The position numbers and the translations under genes were made by a program. Positions 1 through 7,345 of a DNA stretch of 37,305 bases are shown one piece after another. A model generated the notes under the pieces. That model was not told the origin of the DNA. It ran no database searches and worked only from the letters and a program-made list of their open reading frames with translations. Position 1 is the stretch's first letter. Each line of letters opens with the position of its first letter. The stretch spans positions 1 through 37,305 of the forward strand of contig JAUVLX010000001.1 in assembly GCA_030600525.1 (NCBI GenBank). The letters are read 5' to 3'. The DNA comes from Desulfobulbus sp. GTDB lineage: Bacteria > Desulfobacterota > Desulfobulbia > Desulfobulbales > Desulfobulbaceae.

Positions 1-141
1 TACAGAGCTGCTAATTGGAAATTATTGGGCCAAACTCAAGGAAGAGGAAAACTCGGGCCAACTGGGAAAATTAGTGTTCCGATTAAAGATGTTTGGGTGT
101 ACCCTCTCAATAAGAATTTTCGGCACATCTTAAAAGCTTGA
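1..141 (+). CDS. 3' end of DUF4338 (DruA-like) domain protein, partial at window edge; probably IS-borne
   Basis: Frame 1 reads YRAANWKLLGQTQGRGKLGPTGKISVPIKDVWVYPLNKNFRHILKA*, matching the remembered DUF4338 C-terminal pattern YRAANW..G.T.GRGK...P.KD.W.YPL. Not in the ORF track because it has no start in the window. Confidence 0.75.
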   Translation, partial: YRAANWKLLGQTQGRGKLGPTGKISVPIKDVWVYPLNKNFRHILKA

Positions 142-169
142 GCTATGAATTAATAACCCGAATATTTAC
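1..169. mobile_element. Probable right end of an IS66-like / DUF4338-carrying insertion sequence
   Basis: CCGAATATTTAC (158-169) lies just after the DUF4338 stop. Its reverse complement starts GTAA, as IS66-family ends do. The left end is outside the window. Confidence 0.4.
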
Positions 170-189
170 GATACTAGATTTGAATACCT

Positions 190-649
190 ATGGAATCAAT
201 GAAGTTAACACCTGCTTTAGGGGCAAAAAATGCTGAAATTAAAAAAGTATTCATGAATCAGTTGACAAAGGTTTTGTAGAGCTTGACAAATTGTCCAGCG
301 AACTGGATGCTATATCAAAAGACGCGGAAAAGAAAGCCGAAGAAGTGCTTAATAATGACGAAATGCAGTAATTGGAGAATACCTAGGTCAAATTGACAAG
401 GGTGCAATACGCGAGGTAGGTGAAATGATTGTCGTTGAGATGACGAGGTTTCTTAAGTTGACCGAAGCACTGATAGCAGAACTCAAGCCGCTTCTTGAGG
501 ATAGTTTTAAACAGTTGGGAGAAATGCTCGACCGCCTGGCCCAGGAAGGGACAAAAAAGGAAAAATTCAAAAATCAGTATCGCGATATTTCAAAAGATCT
601 TTTGAGCGGTGAACAGGCTTCTTACTCAAGAAGCATAATGGAAAATTAG
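190..649 (+). pseudogene. Frameshifted relic of a helical/coiled-coil protein gene
   Basis: Protein-like reading passes through successive frames: ...GAKNAEIKK / SIHESVDKGFVELDKLSSELDAISKDAEKKAEEVLNNDEM / VIGEYLGQIDKGAIREVGEMIVVEMTRFLK...MEN*. Breaks occur at the A6 run (241-246) and near 365. Confidence 0.45.
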
Positions 650-770
650 AAGAAAAAATCAGGGCGGCTTTTTTCTACTTTAAAAATGAGTGCATGTAAT
701 ACGTTTTACTTCGGTTATCATTACAATTCTTACAAGATGAAAATTGAATAAGGAAAGGGTGGTTTTCAAA

Positions 771-3200
771 ATGAAACTGTTATTTAAAATTTTCGGATGG
801 ATATGTATTACCCTTGCGGGAATCATTGCAATTGCTGTTGTTGGATTGCAGTTCATAAGCGATGAACAATACAAGGCATGGATTGTCTCTGCTGCAAGCT
901 CTGCCACAGGACGCGAGTTAAAGATTGATGGTGAGTTCAGTGTCCAGTTGGGATCTCAATTAATTGTATTAGCGGAGAAAATCAGTTTTTCTAATGCGAA
1001 ATGGGGAAAACGAGCTGAAATGATAACCATTGATCGCCTCTTTTTGAACCTGAAGCTATTGCCACTTTTAAGAGGTGTAGTTGATGTCGGCTTGGAAATA
1101 GATAAGCCAGACATACTCTTGGAAAAAGATAAAGAAGGTAACGGTAACTGGGTCTTTGCGGATTCTCCATCATCTGTTGAACAGGTGCCAGAACCAGAGG
1201 TCGAAAGCGGATCAGACATAGCAGGTTTTCCCTTTAAACCTAAACCCTATATCAGTAACTTCGAAATTAAAGATCTCAAACTAACGTTCTTAGCTGGTCC
1301 CGATGGAAAGGACATATTAACAGAAATTAAGAGCTTGAAAATTCATACCGATGATAAAGGTATTCCTTTGTCCCTGGTTGCCACATACCAGGGTGTCCCC
1401 GTTGAATTTAAAGGAGATTTGGGACAGCTTGCCGACTGGCATGAAAACCGGCTAACACAGGTTTCCCTGCAAGGAAGCTTTAATAAAGCACAGCTGGCTA
1501 TCAATGGTTCAGTGGGACCACTGTTTCCCCAACCAAAAGCCAATATTAAGCTTTCTTTTAATGCTGAAGACCTTTCCACATTCGGTGCCTTTACAGGTAC
1601 GTCCTTATCGCAGCTGAAAAAGCTGGGGGCCTTGCAGCTTAATGGCAACATTGTCTTTTCGGACCAAGCTCTTAAACTCGATGCAGTAAATATTACGTTA
1701 GAAAAACTTGGCCTTGCGGCTCAAGCAGATGGGGCAATCAACGATTTGGGTTCATTATCCGGTGTTGAGGCAAAAATCGAAGTACGTCTCGACTCTCTCT
1801 CACACCTAACGCCGATTGCAGAGAGTGAACTGCCGAAGACAGGCCCGTGGAAACTCGATGTTCAAGCAACAAGCAAAGAAATAAATGGAGGACCTGTAAC
1901 GATATCCTCCAGGCTTATGGGTGAAGGGATAATAACTCAGGTTAATGCAACCATTCCCGATGTATTAGCACTAGGTAATATTAACGGAAAACTTTCAATG
2001 GATACAGAGTCGTTATCCAAATTTGGAGTTCTGTTGAACAAAGAATTACCTGATGATGGCCCATTAAAAGTTACTGCCGATATATCGGCACAGCCGGGTG
2101 AATACCGTGTTGAGTCGTTTCTTGCTCTTTTAAATCATGCCAAGATACTTGCAGATCTATCCTATACACTGCCAAAGGAAAGTGAGTCTGGGCGTGCTCA
2201 ACTTGTTGGTAAAATGAACATTCAGGACCTCGACCTTAATGAGTTGTTTCCACCAAGTAAGGAAGATCCTGAGGTGGTAACGGAAGAGGTCGGAGGCACA
2301 GTAAAAACTGAGCTTGAGGACGAAATAGAGGCGGAACCGACTGGCAAGAAATTGTTCTCCAACGAACCTCTGGCGGTGGGTTGGCTGCAGGACTACAATA
2401 TTGACCTGAAACTGGAGGCTGATAATTTAACCCTCCATACAGGATTCACTGTCCATGGCAACTTTGCAGTTACCCTTAATGACGGGTTACTTAAATTGGG
2501 GCCACTTGATTTTAAGGGAGGAAAAGGCGGGGCAGGGGAAGGGTTGATTGTTCTTGATGCACGCAATCCAGAAGCCAAACTCGATATCTTTACGGATTTT
2601 ACAGATTTTGTTTCACCAAGATACGGAGGTAAATTTGATCTTGATATAGATCTCGATGGAAGCGGTGAATCAATGGCTGATCTGATGGGCAGCCTGAACG
2701 GTCAGCTTATAGCAGCAGTGAATGATGTCGAACTCCGGGAATCAAGTATGACCAAATTTGGTGCAGGTATGTTTCAAAATATGAACCCTCTTGGCAACAA
2801 AACCGTCATGCTCGAATGTGCCGTCGTCCGTCTCGATGCTGTCGATGGTCTGGTTGACTTCACAAAGAAAATTGCTGCTCAAACAACTGAAGTAACATGG
2901 TATGGCAGTGGGGAAATTAATTTGAAGACTGAAGAACTGGATCTTGGCATACATCCTAAACCAAGAAAAGCAATAAGTTCCCTTACCAACGTTGGTCTAG
3001 CAGAGCTGATTCATATTGGTGGTACGCTTGCAGAACCCAAGGTTGGCATTGATCTCAAGGATGTCGCCGTCAAATATGCCACCTACGGTGCTTATATCTC
3101 TACGGGAGGCCTTTCTTTTCTTGCAGAAAAAATCTTCGAAAATCGCAAGGCGAATATGGATCAGTGTCTACAGATTTTATCTGATGCAGAGAAAGAATAG
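771..3200 (+). CDS. AsmA family protein (bridge-like lipid transfer protein)
   Basis: N-terminal TM anchor, then 'ATGRELKIDG', 'FSNAKWG', 'LKLLPLLRG', 'PDILLEKDKEGNGNW', and a C-terminal 'GSGEINLKTEELDL..P' and 'IGGTLAEPKV'. ATG at 771 is preferred over TTG at 744. Confidence 0.88.
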   Translation: MKLLFKIFGWICITLAGIIAIAVVGLQFISDEQYKAWIVSAASSATGRELKIDGEFSVQLGSQLIVLAEKISFSNAKWGKRAEMITIDRLFLNLKLLPLLRGVVDVGLEIDKPDILLEKDKEGNGNWVFADSPSSVEQVPEPEVESGSDIAGFPFKPKPYISNFEIKDLKLTFLAGPDGKDILTEIKSLKIHTDDKGIPLSLVATYQGVPVEFKGDLGQLADWHENRLTQVSLQGSFNKAQLAINGSVGPLFPQPKANIKLSFNAEDLSTFGAFTGTSLSQLKKLGALQLNGNIVFSDQALKLDAVNITLEKLGLAAQADGAINDLGSLSGVEAKIEVRLDSLSHLTPIAESELPKTGPWKLDVQATSKEINGGPVTISSRLMGEGIITQVNATIPDVLALGNINGKLSMDTESLSKFGVLLNKELPDDGPLKVTADISAQPGEYRVESFLALLNHAKILADLSYTLPKESESGRAQLVGKMNIQDLDLNELFPPSKEDPEVVTEEVGGTVKTELEDEIEAEPTGKKLFSNEPLAVGWLQDYNIDLKLEADNLTLHTGFTVHGNFAVTLNDGLLKLGPLDFKGGKGGAGEGLIVLDARNPEAKLDIFTDFTDFVSPRYGGKFDLDIDLDGSGESMADLMGSLNGQLIAAVNDVELRESSMTKFGAGMFQNMNPLGNKTVMLECAVVRLDAVDGLVDFTKKIAAQTTEVTWYGSGEINLKTEELDLGIHPKPRKAISSLTNVGLAELIHIGGTLAEPKVGIDLKDVAVKYATYGAYISTGGLSFLAEKIFENRKANMDQCLQILSDAEKE

Positions 3201-3213
3201 GATTTGATACTTA

Positions 3214-3494
3214 GGAGTTGTCCGAAAATAACTTGAACATCTCGCATCACATCTTCAGGTTAGCTTTGGCTGATCTTCAATCACAAAGTCCTCAACGTAG
3301 TACAACTACGCCTGCGGCTTTGTTCAATTATAGTGCATAGCAGCTGAGCTGAGCCATCATGTACGGCTAACTTGCCAGTCTATCGACACAGAGCGAGTCA
3401 AAAGCGTATCGCTTCACCAGCTAGGGACTATAGATCACCCAAAGCTAACCTAAATATGAGCGCGATATTGTCCAGCTTATTTGCGGACAGCTCC
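3214..3494. mobile_element. MITE-like element, copy A (carries a nested 100-bp insertion)
   Basis: Ends GGAGTTGTCCGAAAATAA / TTATTTGCGGACAGCTCC are inverted repeats and are flanked by TTA...TTA. A near-identical copy lies at 33198-33376. Confidence 0.85.
3331..3430. mobile_element. 100-bp MITE nested in copy A
   Basis: Absent from copy B. Flanked by a duplicated TA. Imperfect terminal IRs TAGTGCATAGCAGCTGAG / revcomp TAGTCCCTAGCTGGTGAA. Confidence 0.75.
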
Positions 3495-3558
3495 TTACTG
3501 GTTTTTTACAAGTTAAAAACTGACATGATTTGGAGCTGGCGGTGGAAAAAGTTCTCCT

Positions 3559-4284
3559 TTAGTTTATTTGAAAATGGACAGGCACAATGACTTTGCCTAC
3601 CGTGGGTATGCCATCCTTTGTTGCCGGAACGAAATGCCATTTTTGCACAGCCTTGAGAGCTGCTTTGTCTAATAGCTGATAGCCGCTGCCTTGCTGGAGT
3701 TGAATGTGCTTTGGAGAGCCGTCCTCAAGGACGAGGACGCTGATCATGACGACTCCCTGCCAGCCCCTGCGGCGGGCAAGTGGTGGGTAGGTTGGCTTGG
3801 GGTTGCTCTGGTACAGGGGGCTTGCCTGAGATGTCACCGGTGCTGCCGCTGCTTGTTGAGTAGGGGATGACGGATGTTGGGTGGTGGATTTGCTTGGCTC
3901 TCCTTCAGAGGTGTTCTGCACATTTTGAGCTGGTTTTTTTTTGGTTTGCAGCTGTTTTTTCCTGGTTGGCGGTCGGATGTGCTTTATTTCTTTTGCTGTT
4001 ATCGGTTGAAGAGGTTCGGGTTCATCCTGTGTAACTTTATCTAGCTTTGGCAGGGGGGCATCAGTTGCTACTATCTGCTGTTGAGGGGCTTGCTGTGGCG
4101 GAGTTGGGGATGTTTGTACTTGTGCCACGTGCTGTTGTGCAACTGCACAGTCATCAAAGCTGACGGTAATGCTTTCTGCTCCAGGGAGCTGTGGCGCTAG
4201 TTGTGCCTGTTCTGGCCAAGGGAGAAGCAGGAGTCCCCCGTGAGAGATGAGCGCGCAGAAAAGAGCAAAGAGTATTCTTTGCAT
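3559..4284 (-). CDS. tonB: Energy transducer TonB
   Basis: TM segment with the S-H motif ('ALISHG'), a Pro/Gln-rich linker, and C-terminal 'PTYPPLARRRGWQGVV...LDKAALKAVQKWHFVPA'. Alternative TTG start at 4290. Confidence 0.93.
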   Translation of the reverse strand: MQRILFALFCALISHGGLLLLPWPEQAQLAPQLPGAESITVSFDDCAVAQQHVAQVQTSPTPPQQAPQQQIVATDAPLPKLDKVTQDEPEPLQPITAKEIKHIRPPTRKKQLQTKKKPAQNVQNTSEGEPSKSTTQHPSSPTQQAAAAPVTSQASPLYQSNPKPTYPPLARRRGWQGVVMISVLVLEDGSPKHIQLQQGSGYQLLDKAALKAVQKWHFVPATKDGIPTVGKVIVPVHFQIN

Positions 4285-4300
4285 GGTCAACCCTGATTAA

Positions 4301-4711
4301 TCATTCCCTGCTTGCCTGCAGGGATATTTTTGTTAGGCCACAGGCCTTTAGCTCGTCAAGTGCCTGGTAGAGTTGCTGGTAGGTGATGTTTTTTTCGGCG
4401 AAAACGAGTAGCTGTGGCTTTTCCTTATCCCGGGCAATGACGGTCAGCCGTTCATGCAACTCCGCAGGAGTGAGAGGCTGTTCATTGAGGAAGAATTCAA
4501 TGCCTGTCGTACCATTTCTAATGGAAAGCGATACAGGACTTTCTTCTGTTTTTGTTGCCTGGGCCGATTGGGGGAGATCAAGCTGCAGCCCATGATGGAC
4601 AGCCATGGAAAGCATGGCATAGATAAAAAAGACCAGCAACAGAAACACGATATCAATCAGTGGCAGCATCTCTATCCGCGCCGGTTTGGTTCGGATATGC
4701 TTGAGTTTCAT
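4301..4711 (-). CDS. exbD: Biopolymer transport protein ExbD/TolR
   Basis: 'IEMLPLIDIVFLLLVFF' signature; lies between exbB and tonB. Confidence 0.93.
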   Translation of the reverse strand: MKLKHIRTKPARIEMLPLIDIVFLLLVFFIYAMLSMAVHHGLQLDLPQSAQATKTEESPVSLSIRNGTTGIEFFLNEQPLTPAELHERLTVIARDKEKPQLLVFAEKNITYQQLYQALDELKACGLTKISLQASRE

Positions 4712-5418
4712 TGGATACTTCCCTGACTATCGACGTGGCTTTGGACGTCCTCTTTTGTTCCATTGCTTTCAGGGGATCTGCTGAAGTCCTCCGGTTTGAC
4801 CGTCATCCGTACCTTGCCGTAGACTACCTCGAGATTGGAGGCGTATTTCTCCATGACATGGATGGCCTTGTTTATCCGGTTGTTGAAATAATTATAAGGG
4901 ATGACCGCTATAATGGCGATGCCGAGCCCTGCTGCGGTGGTGATGAGGGCCTGGGCAATACCGGCGGTAACCAGTTTGGGGTCTGCTATACCGCCTGCAC
5001 CAAGCATCTTAAATGAGCTGATAATGCCAAGTACTGTGCCGAAGATGCCTAGCAGCGGCGCAATGGTGATCATTGTATCTAAAATAGGCATGTGACGGCT
5101 CATGTGCTGCACCATGTGGTCGGCTTCGGCTTCCATGGCTTTGGCCATGTCAAACTCCCGGTGTAGTATGCCCACCGCAAGCACGCGGACCACGTAGTCT
5201 TTGCAGGGGTCTGTTTTTGTTTTACACGTCTGCCAGTCACCTTCCTGGGCCAGGAAAAGCAGTTCATCCATCAGGGGACGATTACGCTTGCGGTCAAGCG
5301 ATGACCAGAAAAGGAGTCGTTCCAGTACCACCGTCATCACTGCGATGGAGCAGAGGAGTAGCGGCCACATTACCGGACCGCCGCTTAAAAATATTTCGTA
5401 TAATCTCATAACAGACAT
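4708..5418 (-). CDS. exbB: MotA/TolQ/ExbB proton channel protein
   Basis: 'GGPVMWPLLLCS', 'APLLGIFGTVLGII.SF', 'GIAQALITTAAGL'. Confidence 0.93.
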   Translation of the reverse strand: MSVMRLYEIFLSGGPVMWPLLLCSIAVMTVVLERLLFWSSLDRKRNRPLMDELLFLAQEGDWQTCKTKTDPCKDYVVRVLAVGILHREFDMAKAMEAEADHMVQHMSRHMPILDTMITIAPLLGIFGTVLGIISSFKMLGAGGIADPKLVTAGIAQALITTAAGLGIAIIAVIPYNYFNNRINKAIHVMEKYASNLEVVYGKVRMTVKPEDFSRSPESNGTKEDVQSHVDSQGSIQ

Positions 5419-6302
5419 CAGATGGAAGATTCCGGGTGAACGAGCAGGGCTACCTGCTCTAACGCCTCGGCAAAGGTGGTTGGTGAAGGACTGCAGACCA
5501 GATCAGGGTTAATGACGTATATGCGATCATTCTTGACCGCTTTCATTCCGGCAAATTTGTACCATTTTTTCTTTTCCGTGGCAGCAATACCACTTTCCGT
5601 GCCCATGATAGCAATGATGATCACATCCGGATTGTGCGCAAGTACCCGTTCGTAATTCATGGTACCATTTTTTTGATTGCCTGCGATATTGGTTCCATTG
5701 CTGTAGACTATATAGTCGTTGGTAAAGGATCCCTTTACCGAAGAAAAAAGCGGCTGTGATCCTATCTGCAGAAAAACTTTTTGCAGAGGAAGATCTGCAT
5801 ACCGGTTTGCAACAGCTTGTACCCGTTGCCGAGTCTTTTCTACGATTTTTTGTGCCTTTTTCTCCACGCCAAGCAGGCGGCCAAGCTGCAGAAACTGGGA
5901 GCAGATGGCATTAAAGGAGGAGGGTTGTTGAAACTGCACCACCCGTAGGCCCAAGTTTTTCATCTGCTGCAGTTGCTGCTGTTGGGTAAGCCCTGTTGCC
6001 AATACCAGATCCGGCTTGAGGCTGACAATTTTTTCCAGGGAGACCTGCATCACAGAACCGATTTTGTCTTTGTCTCTTGCCGCTGCAGGGTGGACACAAT
6101 AGCTGGTATTGGCAACAAGCCTGTCGTCAGCTCCCAGCAGATAGACGTTTTCCGTATTGATCGGCCCCAGAGATATGATGCGTTGTGGAACTGAGCGGGT
6201 TGGTTGATCAGGGCTGTTTGCTCCGGCCAGGGCAGGAGATTGATGGTTGATCAACGAAAACACCAACAACGCGAATATCAATAGGCTTAGGGGCTGTTTC
6301 AT
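5418..6302 (-). CDS. BtuF-like (helical backbone) periplasmic cobalamin/metal-chelate binding protein
   Basis: Signal peptide from ATG 6302; 'PQRIISLGPINTENVYLLG', 'SLEKIVSLKPDLVL', 'AVKNDRIY'. Confidence 0.88.
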   Translation of the reverse strand: MKQPLSLLIFALLVFSLINHQSPALAGANSPDQPTRSVPQRIISLGPINTENVYLLGADDRLVANTSYCVHPAAARDKDKIGSVMQVSLEKIVSLKPDLVLATGLTQQQQLQQMKNLGLRVVQFQQPSSFNAICSQFLQLGRLLGVEKKAQKIVEKTRQRVQAVANRYADLPLQKVFLQIGSQPLFSSVKGSFTNDYIVYSNGTNIAGNQKNGTMNYERVLAHNPDVIIIAIMGTESGIAATEKKKWYKFAGMKAVKNDRIYVINPDLVCSPSPTTFAEALEQVALLVHPESSI

Positions 6303-6304
6303 GG

Positions 6305-7156
6305 CTAATAATAGGTGAGTATGGTTAGTGCTCTTGTTAACCTGTCTGTAAAAAAGTCTATACATTTTTCCCTGAACGCCAGTCCTTTGTAATAGGTTGT
6401 GTTGTTATATTCGATGGTCGGGCAATCCACAGCAATGCCCATATTCTCAAGCATTGTCCGCCAGCTGTCGTCTGCGCCCATCAGATCATCTTCCACATGA
6501 ATTCCGGCTAGAAACATCATCGGGATGATCCTGGTTTTTTTTATCATCCTGTCCTGGTTATTTCTGTTAATCTGGTTGATGACAGCCTCGTGATCAGGGA
6601 CCCCTTCGATTGACGCTGCCAGGACATTGGAATAGAGCCCAGCAACCAGCCGTTCAATTCCGAGGTAAGTAGCATTAACCGGATCGGCAGCAAGAGGGGT
6701 TCCATGCAGGGCAAGCAGGTTGAGGCAGTCTTCACCAATGAGGAAATCACTGGAAACAACCTCCAGCACCTCCTTGATAAAATCCCAGCGATGGCAGAGC
6801 GTCTCCCCGACAATGGTTCTGAGCCCAGGGAAATAGTTGCAGGTTTCAAGGAGTTGCTGGTACTCGGTGCCTGGAAAAATATGAAGCGGTTGGACGATAG
6901 CCTTACGATAACCAGCGCTCTCTATCTGGGCCAATGTTTCCTGGAGGCTGGGCAGTTGTTCTTTTTTTCTGATTATTTCAGAAGTGTATGCCCAGTACAG
7001 TTCATACTCAGAAAAGGACTGATTAAGTTTTTGTTTGAAATGCTCTATTGCCACCTTTCCCTGGCTGGAACTGCCAAAGGTGGTGATGACAATAGCAGGT
7101 TTTTCTTTAAGTTTGGGAAGGCGCATTTTGCGCCCAATGTATCCTTGTTGATGCAA
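6305..7156 (-). CDS. cbiK: Sirohydrochlorin cobaltochelatase CbiK (no signal peptide, cytoplasmic type)
   Basis: 'ITTFGSS', 'AYTSEIIR', 'VQPLHIFPGTEY', 'LHGT', 'FLAGIHVEDDL' (metal-binding His residues). TTG start with AAGGAG RBS. Confidence 0.9.
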   Translation of the reverse strand: MHQQGYIGRKMRLPKLKEKPAIVITTFGSSSQGKVAIEHFKQKLNQSFSEYELYWAYTSEIIRKKEQLPSLQETLAQIESAGYRKAIVQPLHIFPGTEYQQLLETCNYFPGLRTIVGETLCHRWDFIKEVLEVVSSDFLIGEDCLNLLALHGTPLAADPVNATYLGIERLVAGLYSNVLAASIEGVPDHEAVINQINRNNQDRMIKKTRIIPMMFLAGIHVEDDLMGADDSWRTMLENMGIAVDCPTIEYNNTTYYKGLAFREKCIDFFTDRLTRALTILTYY

Positions 7157-7222
7157 GCTGTACTCCTTAAATATTTTATAACTTCAGCGAGTAACAAATA
7201 ATCTCGCCTTGCCCTCGATCTG

Positions 7223-7345
7223 TAACTGTTCAACAGTGCTCCAGATGCGTACAAGCTGGCTGGATAACTATAGTAATGCTATGTTTTCCTGCCTGGTCGT
7301 GCGCAGAGGTAAGCGCAGACTCCGTGGGGTGCTGCTGAACAGTTA
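7223..7345. repeat. MITE-like hairpin element overlapping the cobN stop codon
   Basis: TAACTGTTCAACAGTGCTCCA versus revcomp of the right end TAACTGTTCAGCAGCACCCCA. A second internal imperfect IR of ~27 bp is present. Confidence 0.65.

Noticed and set aside
3372-3590. 72-aa ORF on + strand
   Set aside because: Lies across the nested MITE sequence and has no protein-like features.
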